A stretch of 63,988 nt of DNA, counting the filler, from Octopus bimaculoides (Eukaryota): NCBI RefSeq assembly GCF_001194135.2. It is 6 parts of 5 records of this genome, joined end to end, with 100 filler letters (N's around TTAATTAATTAA, not from the genome) between each part and the next. Parts side by side here need not be neighbours in the genome. Positions count along the whole stretch, not along the records: positions 23,013 to 44,845 come from NC_069010.1; positions 44,946 to 56,337 come from NC_068987.1; 4 more parts are not named here. One strand, 5' to 3'. The translations under genes and the position numbers were made by a program. How positions within the stretch are numbered: position 1 is the first letter of the stretch; each line of letters begins with the position of its first letter. Below the pieces are notes generated by a model. That model saw nothing but the letters and a program-made list of their open reading frames with translations. It was not told the DNA's origin and searched no databases. Positions 38,081 to 50,929 of this stretch are shown one piece after another.

Positions 38081-38664
38081 AAAAAAAAAAAGAATGTGTG
38101 TGTGAGGGAGAGAGGGAAAGAGAGAGAAAGAAAGAGGGTGAGAGAGAGAGAGAGATGTTTAAACATGTATGATATTCCTGATATTTTCATCATGCCAAAG
38201 CAGTGATACACCTCTGGGTTGTCCTCCAATCAGCAGCTTCTTTACTTTCNNNNNNNNNNNNNNNNNNNNNNNNNNNNNNNNNNNNNNNNNNNNNNNNNNN
38301 NNNNNNNNNNNNNNNNNNNNNNNNNNNNNNNNNNNNNNNNNNNNNNNNNNNNNNNNNNNNNNNNNNNNNNNNNNNNNNNNNNNNNNNNNNNNNNNNNNNN
38401 NNNNNNNNNNNNNNNNNNNNNNNNNNNNNNNNNNNNNNNNNNNNNNNNNNNNNNNNNNNNNNNNNNNNNNNNNNNNNNNGATAGATAGATAGATAGATAG
38501 ATAGATAGACAAATAGATGGATGGATGGATGGATGGATGGATGGATGGATAGATAGATAGACAAATAGATAGATAGATAGATGGATAGATAGATAGATGG
38601 ATAGATAGATAGATAGATAGATAGACAGAGATAGATAGACAGACAGACAGATAGATAGATAGAT

Positions 38665-39064
38665 AGGTTTCTTTATTAGCCACACAGGGCTCAACACAGA
38701 GGGGACAAAATACAAATGTAGAGTTTTTCTTTTCGAGGGGGGGTCGAAAACAAAGCAGAAAAAAAAACAAACAAAAGTGGGGACAACGATGAAAAAAAAT
38801 ACATCGCAAAACGTTTAGGGTATTTACACAAAATACGAAATAATACAGAAAATTCCCAATAAATGGGGAGGTTATCCGTGGAAAGAAAAACCTACGAAAA
38901 GACCACGGTAACCTCGGTAACCTCGGTCCTTAGTGTCACAGTTTGTTAAATAAAATTCCTTTTATTTATGCAAGAAACGTAAGTAACTCTCTGTTTACAA
39001 AATTTTAAAACGTTTTATAGAATCATGGTCAAGGTGGCTTCGTCAATTATATGTGCCATTCTTG

Positions 39065-39065
<1 letters not shown>
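38665..39065 (-). mobile_element. Probable L1/Tx1-type LINE 3' end between (GATA)n tracts
   Basis: Reverse complement ends GAGCCCTGTGTGGCTAATAAAGAAAC; a near-identical end lies at 56225-56290; AHIIDEATLTMIL* at about 39018-39059 may be the ORF end. Confidence 0.45.
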
Positions 39066-39122
<57 letters not shown>

Positions 39123-39635
39123 GTAAAGCATTCCAATCATGACCATTCCATTTTTTATTCAGTCACAGAATATCTTTGGTGGCACAATTCAACTATTTTT
39201 CAGATGCTTAGGTGAGATTGAGGGAATTTTTTTTTGTGTCTGTTTCTAGCAGTCTCCCCCCACTCCCGGCCGCCCTCCTAGCTCCACCCCACTACCTCCA
39301 CCACACGCTCATTGTCTTGATTCAATGATATGGAGTGGTGGGTGGTGGAGAGCGGTGATGATAAAAGATATTTATCACTTTCAACTTTCTTGGCAAGAAA
39401 TATTTCCCCACCCCACTTCCCTTCTTTCCCCTCTCAATTCATCCCTATGGCACAGTAGGGATGGGGTGAAATTGTTGGTTGGTTGGTTGGCTGGTTGGTT
39501 GGTTGGTTTGAGTAGGAGGTGGATGGGGTGGATAAGAGATTGGAGGAGTTAGGAAGGATTTGGTCTCCACTGGAATATTTAATACTTATGGGAGCAGTTC
39601 TTTCCTTACGGTGTCACACCACCACTGCCATCATC

Positions 39636-39666
<31 letters not shown>

Positions 39667-40258
39667 TTACTACTACTACTACTATCACCACCACTATCAA
39701 CACAATCATCATCATTACCACCATCAGTCTGTGTATGTGTGTGTGTGTGTGTTAGTGTCAGGATATGATAGGGGAAGGTAAGGGGCAGCCCTTGAAGAAA
39801 AACTGATTCAGTTTTCTCCTCAGTTGACCTTGTGAACTCTGTTTTAACTTACCTAATTTCTGTTAGTTTAGTTTGTCTGTATGTATGCCCACCCACCACC
39901 GTCACTATCTATATTCTTGTTGTTGGTTCTGTTAATAGTGGGGAAGGGGGTTAGTGATGGTGGTAGTGGTGGCGGTAGTGCTGGTTGTAGTGTGTATAAT
40001 CAGGATAGAAACGAAACTCAACACACATACACAGAAACATAAACACACACACACGTATCTTGTTCTATATATACTCTTCACTCTTTTAGGGGCTGAAAGA
40101 AAGAGTAAGCCATACAGAATTTAGGTATACATATATATATGTATATATATATAAATATATATATGGGAGAATGTACGAAAAAAAAACAACAACAGAAGAG
40201 GACAGGTGGTGTAAACAACAAAAGGATGTATTAGTTTGACGCTCGGGAGTACAGAAAG

Positions 40259-40295
40259 TCTTTAACGTTTCGAGCTACGCTCTTCAACAGAAAGA
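40259..40295 (-). ncRNA. Type I hammerhead-ribozyme-like motif (variant core) in a Penelope-type repeat
   Basis: Minus strand TCTTT-CTGTTGA-A-GAGC-GTA-GCTC-GAAAC-GTT-AAAGA: 5-bp stem I, CUGUUGA core (A6 replaced by U), 4-bp stem II, GAAA, loop-less palindromic stem III ACGT. Confidence 0.5.
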
Positions 40296-40345
40296 ATATG
40301 GAGAAAAACACGGAGAAAAAAAAAAATTGAATGGTGTTTGGTCAA

Positions 40346-40438
<93 letters not shown>

Positions 40439-41334
40439 TAGATAGATAGATAGATAGATATAGATATATATACTTACATATAAGAGACCAAAAGTGTACG
40501 TACACCGCTATATGTATATATAAAAAAGAAAACAAAAGACGGAACATGAACGTAACAGGTAGTAACAAAACATCCTGACAGACAGTACAAAAAAGGACAG
40601 GAAAAAACAAGGAGGTCATTTGGAGTTTTTTATCCTCAGTTGAGTTCCAGATTTTTTCAGCAGTTTTGGCCAGTTACACTCGAGACTGCTCCAATCTGGC
40701 CTACCCCAAGAAAATCTAAGCCAAGAGCACTAGATTCCTTGGAAGAGAGTAAGCGAACATATACGAAAACGAGGAGAAAAAAATCCAGAGAAATGGTACA
40801 CAATTACAAATACAAACAGCAGGACATTAATAACTGGTGTCTTGCAACTTTATACTGGATAGAGCCAGTTTGAACGCTAATGAATTAATGTCATAGTTTT
40901 TTTCCTAGTGACTTGTGCAATATGTGGTCTTGCACAGCTCCATGTCAAACTGTCCAACCCATGCCAGCATGGAAAGTGGACATTAAACGGTGATGATGAT
41001 GATGATGATGATGATGCATCAACATAATTTTGAAGCGATGCAGATAATGCATGATTGATTCAAAACAATCTGAATAAACAAATATTGCATTTGAGAAACA
41101 AACCTGGAAGCTAAGGGGTTCGCATAGTCTCATACACCCCTACTTTCTACCCTTCCCTCACATTTCCCATCTCCTCAACACAGCCTTCATCACCTCCACC
41201 ACCACCACTACCATTTCGTTCATTAAACTCTTTCACACCTAGTTGCCTAATGACATGAATACAGGAAGAGGTTAATTCTGTGTGTTTATTCAATTATTTT
41301 GGTTTCATGTTTCACAATTTTTATCTGTTATCTT

Positions 41335-41705
41335 TTATCTGTTTTGGTCATTCGACTGCAGGCCATGCTGAGGCACAGCCTTGAAGAATTTTTACTCTAA
41401 TGAATCAACCCCAGTACTTATTCTATTGGTCTCCTTTTTCGAACTGCTAAGTTACAGGGACAAAAAGACACCAACATTGGTCTCTTCTTTCGAACTGCTA
41501 AGTTGCAGGGACATAAAGACACCAACATTGATTGTCAGGCAGGTGTGGGGGACAAATACGCACACACACACACACACACATATTCGACAGGCTTCTTTCA
41601 GTTTCCACCTACCAAATCCATTCACAAGGCTTTGATCAGCCCCAGGCTATAGTAGAAAGCACTTGCCCAAGGTACCAAACCATGGGATTGAACCCAGAAC
41701 TACCC
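41335..41705 (-). mobile_element. SINE family A with an internal duplication of about 50 bp
   Basis: Tail, body and head in reverse orientation; TTGGTCTC...CGAACTGCTAAGTT.CAGGGACA.AAAGACACCAACATTG occurs twice at about 41427-41531. Confidence 0.8.
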
Positions 41706-42310
41706 ATGCCTGTATGCTTTTTTTTTTTAATTGAGTCTTCTGAATTTAGTTTCTGTTGGCTTGATGAGTTTAGTTGCAATTACATTTGTTATGTCTGTCT
41801 TATGATCATCAATAAGGTATATCTTATTGCAAGAGGCTCAAGATCAACAGATGTTGGGACTCACAGAGTGGATGACAGGGGACTGAGACTTCTGGTGGTT
41901 TGCTATACGTGAGAAGATACACTAAGCTAATTAAAGGCTTGGTCTTTTCATGTTGCTCCTTCATTTCATGTTGCTCCTGTCCACTCATCTGTAAATGAGT
42001 AACCCCTGCAATGACAGACCCTGTAATGAAATGTTGGCCCACTCACCTTAGCAGCATAGTAGCATCATTTGAAAATTAAAACGATTCAAAGGGCATTGTG
42101 ACCGGAGGTGTATAACAACATCTGATAGTCTGGTTGATGCTGTGATACAGTGAAATATCATGTGGTTTGCCTGTAGTTTGGGTGGAGAAGCCTATCAAAT
42201 GATTATTAATATTCAACAGTTAAGAGCAACATAAAGCAAAACATCTCTGCTAATTTACAGAGTATTTCATATCATTCATTACATCATTTATATCATGTTG
42301 TTATATTATA

Positions 42311-42452
42311 GGCGCAGGCATAGGTAAGAAGTTTGCTTCCCAACCACGCGGTTCTGAGTTCAGTCCTACTGTGAGGCACCATGGGCAAGTGTCTTTTACT
42401 AAACCCCCAGGCTGACCAAAGCCTTGTCAGTGGATTTGGTAGAGGGAAACTG
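42311..42452 (+). mobile_element. SINE family A head
   Basis: GGCGCAGG...GGTAAGAAGTTTGCTTCCCAACCAC...GAGTTCAGTCC...GGGCAAGTGTC...GGATTTGGTAGA.GGAAACTG. Confidence 0.8.
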
Positions 42453-42715
42453 GTACTCTGTGACATTAATGTAGTATTTAGTGACCCCGCAGTGGCACTG
42501 TGACATAGTAGTGGTACTCTGTGACACAACAGTCGTACTTTGTGATATGGATGTGGTAATCTGTAACATGGACGTGGTACTCTGCCACATGGATGTGGTA
42601 CTCTGCCACATGGATGTGATACTCTGAGGCATGGATGTGGTAATCTGTAATATGGACGTGGTACTCTGCGACACAACAGTGGTACTCTATGATTCTGCAC
42701 TCTGTGACATTGACC
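42450..42715. repeat. 21-bp minisatellite (consensus GTGGTACTCTGCCACATGGAT), about 11-12 degenerate units
   Basis: Directly visible periodicity. Confidence 0.8.
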
Positions 42716-42832
42716 TATGCCACTGCACATTGCCAGCCAATGCACTTCTTCACGTGGTGGGGAGGGAAACGAGAAGGAAGAGGAGAGCGGCAGGGCAGTA
42801 TGGACATGATGGAGGTGGGGTGGGAGATAGAA

Positions 42833-42975
42833 CACCACAACCTCCACCACAACCTCCACAACCTCCACAGCCACCACCACAACCTCCACAACCTCCACAG
42901 CCACCACCACAACCTCCACAGCCACCACCACAACCTCCACAGCCACCACCACAACCTTCACAGCCACCACCACCA
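42833..42975. repeat. CA/C-rich 9/12/21-bp tandem repeat (CACAACCTCCACAGCCACCAC)
   Basis: Directly visible; produces the spurious PQPPPQ and WWWLWRL ORFs. Confidence 0.85.
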
Positions 42976-43724
42976 CCATCATCATCATCCTCATCTCCTC
43001 ATCAAAGCAACCTGTCACCCTTATTTGGTATTTTGACTTTNNNNNNNNNNNNNNNNNNNNNNNNNNNNNNNNNNNNNNNNNNNNNNNNNNNNNNNNNNNN
43101 NNNNTATTCATTTCTACCCCCACCACCCCACCCCTAGTCAACACCATTGTGCATCGGCAATAGAACTGTCATAACAGAGCTATCTCAACACATGCACACA
43201 CACACACATGCACACACACACACATGCACACACACACACACAACACACACACACACACATATATATATACATACATACACACACATGCGCACATACACAT
43301 ATACACTTTCTTACACATACTCACACATGCACGCACAAACATTTCTCTGCACACGTATACACACGAACTCACAAACACACACACACATATGCGTACACAT
43401 ATACACTTTCTCTCACAAATGTGCATATACTCTCACACACATATGCACACATAAACACATACATATATATACACACATGCATGCACATGCACTCTTTCTC
43501 TCTCCCTCTCTCTGCCTGTCTCAATCTGTTTTTATGTCTCTCTCTCTCTTTTTTCTTACTTTGTCTTTCTCTCTTCCTCTCCTTCTCTATCCCTATAGTG
43601 TCCCCTACACATACATCATTCCCCACATGTTACATCATCATAAAATCCCTCCCCCCACTCTCTACTTTCTACAGTGTCCCCCATTACTTTTTCTCTTCGT
43701 TCTCCAGAGCAATCGGAAGAAATC

Positions 43725-43860
43725 ATGAATGGTAACAGTGGATCTTGGGTGGCACCAGCCTCTGACTTTGCCCACAAAACAATCAACCCAATACGACGCC
43801 TGGTCGATACTATGAAACTGGTACCCAACAAGGACAAAGATATGATTGTACTGACCATCG
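43725..43860 (+). CDS. TAT: Tyrosine aminotransferase, N-terminal coding exon (partial gene; exon 43708-43860)
   Basis: Translates as MNGNSGSWVAPASDFAHKTINPIRRLVDTMKLVPNKDKDMIVLTI-G, matching the animal TAT N-terminus (human [39 protein letters not shown]). Polypyrimidine acceptor ttttctcttcgttctccag ends at 43707; canonical donor G|gtaagt at 43860/43861 (phase 1 in Gly). No GDPT exon found before the linker at 44846. Confidence 0.9.
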
Positions 43861-44718
43861 GTAAGTGTTGTTGTTGTTGTTACTGCTGCTACTGTTGTTG
43901 TTGTTGTTGTTGTTGTTGTTTCAATCCAGTTCATTCCTGATTAACCCTCTAACGATCAGATTACTCTGTCAAATATGATGTTTATTTATTCGCATTGTTT
44001 TGAATTAATCCTGCATTATCTCGTAGCTTTGAGATTTGAGTCATGCGGTTGTTTATCTTAAGAATGACATTGCAGGGTAGGTATGACAGGCAGGATCTGG
44101 CTAGTTTGAACACAGAATAGTTCCAGTATCTGAGCTACACTGGTTCTTTGATAGGCTTAGAGATGGGGTGTAAGTGATATTTTATTATAGTAGGCTTAGA
44201 AAAGTGGGTAACTGGGAGAGGACCGAAGATAAAATAAGGATAAAGAATAAAGAAAAGTAAAAAGTAAAAAGTGAAGAAATATATATATATTAACTGAAAG
44301 ACGGCCCCGATGGAAAGATGACCTTATTGTACCTGCTCACTTCATCTGTTTGACTTTATCTAGTGACATCTGATAACTTTCTCACACACACATAAATGCA
44401 TCCACATGTTTACATAGACACACACACACACACACACACACGCATATATATACATATATACACAAACATGTCTATTTTTATTTACACCAGTCAAACCTTC
44501 CCTCTACCCTACCCCCCTCCTTCCCAGTAATGTTGTTTACATTGTGCTCCTGTGTGACCTGCACATACAGGAACACAGACAAAGTGGTTTGACAAATGAA
44601 CATCAATAAAATAAGTCTCAGGTTTGTTGTGGTTCTCTAAAAAAAAGAAACTTTTAAAGGTGGTGCCCTAGCATGGCCTCAGTCCAGTGACTGAAACTAG
44701 CAAAAGAGCAAAAGAGTA

Positions 44719-44764
<46 letters not shown>

Positions 44765-44845
44765 CATACACACACACACACACACACATAGACATGCACA
44801 AGCATAGACACACACACACACATACACACACACACATACACACAC

Positions 44846-44945
44846 NNNNNNNNNNNNNNNNNNNNNNNNNNNNNNNNNNNNNNNNNNNNTTAATTAATTA
44901 ANNNNNNNNNNNNNNNNNNNNNNNNNNNNNNNNNNNNNNNNNNNN
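44846..44945. other. Artificial scaffold linker
   Basis: TTAATTAATTAA at 44890-44901 with 44 N on each side. Confidence 0.95.
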
Positions 44946-46033
44946 AATTCCTCATCTCTTAAATATAGAACTGTATTTTATATATATATATATATATGTA
45001 TATCACCTAAACGGCTATCGATATGTTTGTCTTCTGTGAAGTATACATTCATCATTACCACGTTCCATGTGACTTTGATGTTCGTTAGCATTTACCAACA
45101 TATGTACCAAGATGGAGAGCACCAAGTTGAAAATGGTCAGGATAATAAAAGCATCAAATTTATGGCATCTTTTTATAGCCTTACCTCTAGATCTTTGTAG
45201 CCTTCATAGAATTCCGAAGAGCAAAACCATTATTCTTGTGTAGTTTAAGAGTTGAAATTACAAGTTTTACCGAGGACGCTTCTTCTCCAAAACACCGGTG
45301 ACTAAATGTCTGCTTGCCTCATAATATTGAGCATTTTTTTGTTCTAATACCCGCATGGGTAATGGGAGTATCGCGTCTATGAAGACTGTATCCAATAGCA
45401 GAATCATGCTTATATTCAAGACCACCGGAATGAGTTGAGAATCAATATACACATTATTGATTTTATTCACTCTGTTTTCAGTGGTCATAAAAAATTTATA
45501 TATCATGGTGTCAACTCACTTACTTGTCCGTTTGAAGCCCAATAAAAAGTGAATTGTTTGTTGATTCTAAGAGCATTGTCGCCGAATCCAACTTGCCAGC
45601 TCATACTATATCATGTAATGTAATATCGTCGTATGTGCATACAGAATGTAACAACCCACCTCATATTAATGTATGCATTAGTTTGCTACCAAATATTAAA
45701 AGTACACACACTCACGCCACAATTATAGTACCCAATTACAATATTATATGCGTGTGCATGAGTTTGTTTTCAACTGATTTTACCCTAGTTAACTCATAGT
45801 ATGAGTTAACATTGTGTGTTTGTGTGAGTGTGTGTGTGTGTGAGTTTGTGTGTGTGTGTGTGTGAGCATTCAGTGCAAGTTCACATATGTGTAGCGAAGA
45901 AAAGCGTATATATTTTACATTCTGACTTGTAAGATCCCACATAGCACCGGTAGTGTTGATATGCTTCTAAAAGCAGGCAAACTTGTAACACAAGTTATAT
46001 GTGTGTTTGATCACCACATATGTGTGTGTGTGC

Positions 46034-46095
<62 letters not shown>

Positions 46096-46187
46096 NNNNN
46101 NNNNNNNNNNNNNNNNNNNNNNNNNNNNNNNNNNNNNNNNNNNNNNNNNNNNNNNNNNNNNNNNNNNNNNNNNNNNNNNNNNNNNNN

Positions 46188-46235
<48 letters not shown>

Positions 46236-46673
46236 TTATTTAAGTCTATCACTGCTCCTAAAAATCGTATGATCTTACGAACTAGCTAAATTATTCTGAC
46301 CAATCAATTGTATAATTATCATTATGCTGGCATAATAATACTGCTACTGTGAAACCTATTTCCTATGTTTTGAAACATCAGATACAACAATAATGTCAAC
46401 AGCAACAACAAGAAAAAAACGCAACACTTCCCTGCTTTAATGTTACTCCCCCGTTCTACTTTCGTTCATTCTAGGTTTTTATTTGTTTCCACTCCGAAAC
46501 ATTACTGCATTCCAAACACTCCTTTTCTCCTGAACATTGTAACAAGCTACTAGAAAGTTTCTACCAAGCACATTTTATTTTATTTATTTATTTATTTTCT
46601 GGTTGTACGTGTATTTCTCCAGTATTTTCGACCTCATAGGCGAATGGCGAAGCCAAGATCTTTATTTCTCTAA

Positions 46674-47065
46674 GGCGGCGAGCTGGCAGAAACATTAGCA
46701 CGCCGAGCGAAAGGCTTAGCAGTACTACGTTCTGAGTTTAAAGTCCACCGAGGACGACTTTACCTTTCATAATATAGGGGTCGATTAATGAAGTACCAGT
46801 TACGCGCTGGGGTCAATATAATCGACTTAATCCATTTGTCTGTCATTGCTTGTCCCCTATGGGTGTAGCCCCTTGTGGGCATTAAAGAAATAAGAAACGT
46901 TAGCACCCCAGGCGAAATGTTTAGCGAGTATTTCATCTGTCTTTAGGGTCTGAGTTCCAATTCCGATGAGGTCGACTTTGCCTTTCATTATTTCGGGCTC
47001 GATAAATTAAATAACTGTTGTGTGTCGGGATCGATCTAATTAACTGTCCTCCTCCCCAAAACTTT
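46674..47065 (+). mobile_element. Two tandem SINE family C copies separated by a LINE-like 3' end (GTAGCCCCTTGTGGGCATTAAAGAAATAAG)
   Basis: Copies at about 46674-46835 and 46894-47065 share AAAC.TTAGCAC.CC.GGCGAAA.G.TTAGC and CTGAGTT...GAGG.CGACTTT.CCTTTCAT. Confidence 0.75.
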
Positions 47066-47421
47066 CAGGCTTTGTTCCTGGTGTAAAACTGAATATCTTT
47101 ATTTCTCTGTATAAACAGCATACAAACGTCGCAATTTGTTACTGCAGCATTAAAAAATACAAACGGTAACAAGCCTATCTTGATCCTCTGTTTTATAAGT
47201 ATTCTCTCTGTATAATATACAGTGTAATATTTCTCGAATTTATCTTACTTATTTGTTGTAACATATCATATCTGACTGTTCCGTTTCGCAAGATACATCA
47301 ATTTAAATTCTAGAAATAATATTTCATCATTTTCCTTCATGTTCTGCTTGTTTTATTTTTAATATGGCAAATTTTAAGAGAAACGAAAATCATTGCACCT
47401 GGACGATACCATAATTCTTTT

Positions 47422-47459
<38 letters not shown>

Positions 47460-48637
47460 CATTACTAAGTTCATAATCTACGTTTTATTACTTGGCTGCA
47501 CCAAGTGTTTCTTGATGAGTTTTATTTTTTGTTTGATATTCTTTCTAAAATGTATTTCTATACATCAATGAACATTGATAAATATTTCTTGTCTGTTTTA
47601 TTGTATTCGCTCAGTTTTTTAATTTAATTTAATTATTTTCTCACAGATAAATGCTGTTGCTTTTGTTTTTCTTCCTTCATTTTCCTAACTCAGACAACAC
47701 AAATATATTTTGATTTGCTGCTACTTTAACTCTATTTCATCCGAATTAAATTTATACTAAGAAATACTTGTATATAGCTAAACGCTTACACATGCATTAT
47801 GTCATTTCTCACAAAGACAGAAGCATTCAACACGAACGCAAACAAGATCCAAAACACACGTACCGACCTATATATGTACATAACATTGTACGAATGTTCA
47901 TTCAGCACATATCCAAAGAACACACGTGCAAGAAAATGTTTGTGTGTTAGTGATCTGTGCGTGCTTATACACACGCACACACACATAGACAAACATAAAT
48001 GCACATATATACACGTTTACAGATGTATCTCTCTACATATATATATATGTGTGTGTGTGTGTATGTGTGTGTGTATGTGTGTGTATGTGTGTGTGTGTGT
48101 TTGTGTCTGTGTCTGGTGCGTGTGTGTGTATGTGTGTGTGTACTTTGTAATATTGAATATACACGCAATAACGCTTAAACATAAATGTACACACAAACAC
48201 ACCACTCCAGCATACATACACAAACCAACCACCTACATACACTCAGAAATGCATACGTGCACCCTGTATTCTCGATCGGCAATAATTTTTTTAATCTGAC
48301 AACATTATCGATATTTTTACATTGTAAAAATATTTTATTACCCCAATATTTCATTTCTGCATTCATTCTAGTGTTTAAGTACTTTTTCTGTACCATCAAT
48401 TGTTTCAAAAATTTTTGCTTAACAACTCAAATTCAAAAAAATATAACCTATGCATACACTATTTTTCTTTAAAAACCGTGCTTTACAATTCATCATCTCC
48501 AGCGTTTATATTTAAATAACAATTTCAGATAGATTAACTGGAATTTTTTTGTTTATTCCATATTTTCCTCAGTATTGATAAAGAAGGAAGGAACTATGCT
48601 GCAGTTTTGTCAGTATCACTAATCAATACCAGACAAA

Positions 48638-48672
<35 letters not shown>

Positions 48673-48850
48673 AACACACACGCACACACACACACACGCA
48701 AACACACACACACACACGCACACACACACACATGCACACTTACAAATATTTTACTCATCTATCTATCTATATATCTCTCTATTTCTCTCTCATTTTTTTT
48801 TATTTAATTTGTTTACGTTAATTTTTGTTTCTGAATATGTATACATCTCC

Positions 48851-48853
<3 letters not shown>

Positions 48854-48946
<93 letters not shown>
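48854..48946. repeat. (TC)n microsatellite
   Basis: Directly visible. Confidence 0.95.
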
Positions 48947-48948
<2 letters not shown>

Positions 48949-49094
48949 CTCTCTCCCTCTCCCTCTCTCTCACTCTGTATATATATTGAAAAGCATATGA
49001 GTTTCATGATATATGAAATGAATATCCAATGTTTAGCTCAACTATTTTCATTTGTGAACACATATTTGTATGTATATATATAGATGTGGGGGTG

Positions 49095-49325
49095 TCCTCA
49101 GGAACACCATCAGAATGCATCAAGATAAATATAAAGAAAATTGGAACAGAGTACCCAACAGAACTTTTACAATAATTTTGCCTCCTTGGCACGGTTAGAA
49201 TAATCAGAAAAGAATCAGATAGCTGAAAGGAACGAATAGCATGTTAGCGTAGCTTGGCGGTAATAAACCCGCTACTCATGCAAGGCTCCAGAAGCTCCAA
49301 CAAAACCTGTGATAACAACAATAAA
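49095..49325 (+). mobile_element. R4/Dong-type LINE extreme 3' end
   Basis: LQ*FCLLGTVRIIRKESDS* resembles the conserved C-terminus LQK..LLGTARI.RKVL. Confidence 0.55.
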
Positions 49326-49822
49326 TACTCTCATGCAATACCAGGAACTGGTCCTCATGATGTTTAATCTTAACCGATTGGAAGTGTTACGTCTTATTTC
49401 TTAGTGGAAAAGATGTTCTACAGCAAATATTCTGCTCAATGCCACATATTTGCTTGTCATTTGTTTGACCTTAAACAAGTGAGCAGGTAACTTGTTGGCT
49501 GACGATATGTGTATCTCAGATCAAGAACAGAAGTAGTGGGGGAACATCATAGTCATATGTTGTGAAGAATTATTTGGATGGTGAATAATTCACCTCTGGA
49601 AACATGGGTGTTCCATTCCACATCGTTAAGCAACACTTATTCAGAGACCTATTGAGCAGGATGGGTGGCAGTACCTGAAGAAAATTCCAACTGGGCCTCG
49701 CCTGCAAACTGCTGCGCTATTTATCTTGGTATGAAATCACAAAGTCTAGCACATATTTTTGAGATGCATATGCCTAGTGTACCCTCATCGTTCGGGTAGT
49801 CACGGTGCATAATTCGGCTTCG

Positions 49823-49871
<49 letters not shown>

Positions 49872-49880
49872 GCTGAGAAT

Positions 49881-50111
49881 CTCAGGACTCAAAGCAGAGA
49901 CTGAAGGATTTTTAATTGCTGCACAAGACCAAAGCCTCCCCACCAGAAATTACCAAAAACACATAATGAAAAGAAATATAACAAGTAACTGTAGAATATG
50001 TGGAGATCGACAAGAAACAATAAATCATATTATCTCTGGCTGCCCAGTCCTGGCTAAGAAGGAATATATTCACAGAGATGACAGAGCTGGGACTTATATA
50101 CACTGGAAGCT
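49881..50111 (+). mobile_element. R4/Dong-type LINE, CCHC zinc-knuckle region, preceded by (TAA)n
   Basis: GLKAETEGFLIAAQDQSLPTRNYQKHIMKRNITSNCRICGDRQETINHIISGCPVLAKKEYIHRDDRAGTYIHWK; runs into a gap. Confidence 0.9.
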
Positions 50112-50929
50112 NNNNNNNNNNNNNNNNNNNNNNNNNNNNNNNNNNNNNNNNNNNNNNNNNNNNNNNNNNNNNNNNNNNNNNNNNNNNNNNNNNNNNNNNN
50201 NNNNNNNNNNNNNNNNNNNNNNNNNNNNNNNNNNNNNNNNNNNNNNNNNNNNNNNNNNNNNNNNNNNNNNNNNNNNNNNNNNNNNNNNNNNNNNNNNNNN
50301 NNNNNNNNNNNNNNNNNNNNNNNNNNNNNNNNNNNNNNNNNNNNNNNNNNNNNNNNNNNNNNNNNNNNNNNNNNNNNNNNNNNNNNNNNNNNNNNNNNNN
50401 NNNNNNNNNNNNNNNNNNNNNNNNNNNNNNNNNNNNNNNNNNNNNNNNNNNNNNNNNNNNNNNNNNNNNNNNNNNNNNNNNNNNNNNNNNNNNNNNNNNN
50501 NNNNNNNNNNNNNNNNNNNNNNNNNNNNNNNNNNNNNNNNNNNNNNNNNNNNNNNNNNNNNNNNNNNNNNNNNNNNNNNNNNNNNNNNNNNNNNNNNNNN
50601 NNNNNNNNNNNNNNNNNNNNNNNNNNNNNNNNNNNNNNNNNNNNNNNNNNNNNNNNNNNNNNNNNNNNNNNNNNNNNNNNNNNNNNNNNNNNNNNNNNNN
50701 NNNNNNNNNNNNNNNNNNNNNNNNNNNNNNNNNNNNNNNNNNNNNNNNNNNNNNNNNNNNNNNNNNNNNNNNNNNNNNNNNNNNNNNNNNNNNNNNNNNN
50801 NNNNNNNNNNNNNNNNNNNNNNNNNNNNNNNNNNNNNNNNNNNNNNNNNNNNNNNNNNNNNNNNNNNNNNNNNNNNNNNNNNNNNNNNNNNNNNNNNNNN
50901 NNNNNNNNNNNNNNNNNNNNNNNTATCAT

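Noticed and set aside
42041-42050. Perfect minus-strand donor AAG|GTGAGT
   Set aside because: Lies within SINE-like sequence and has no convincing upstream coding frame.
42631-43137. Pro/Gln-rich 168-aa ORF as an upstream TAT exon
   Set aside because: Derived from two tandem repeats and runs into a gap; no homology signal.
43861-44845. Next TAT exon (expected to begin ..GDPT)
   Set aside because: No acceptor followed by a G-D-P frame found; the segment ends at an artificial linker.
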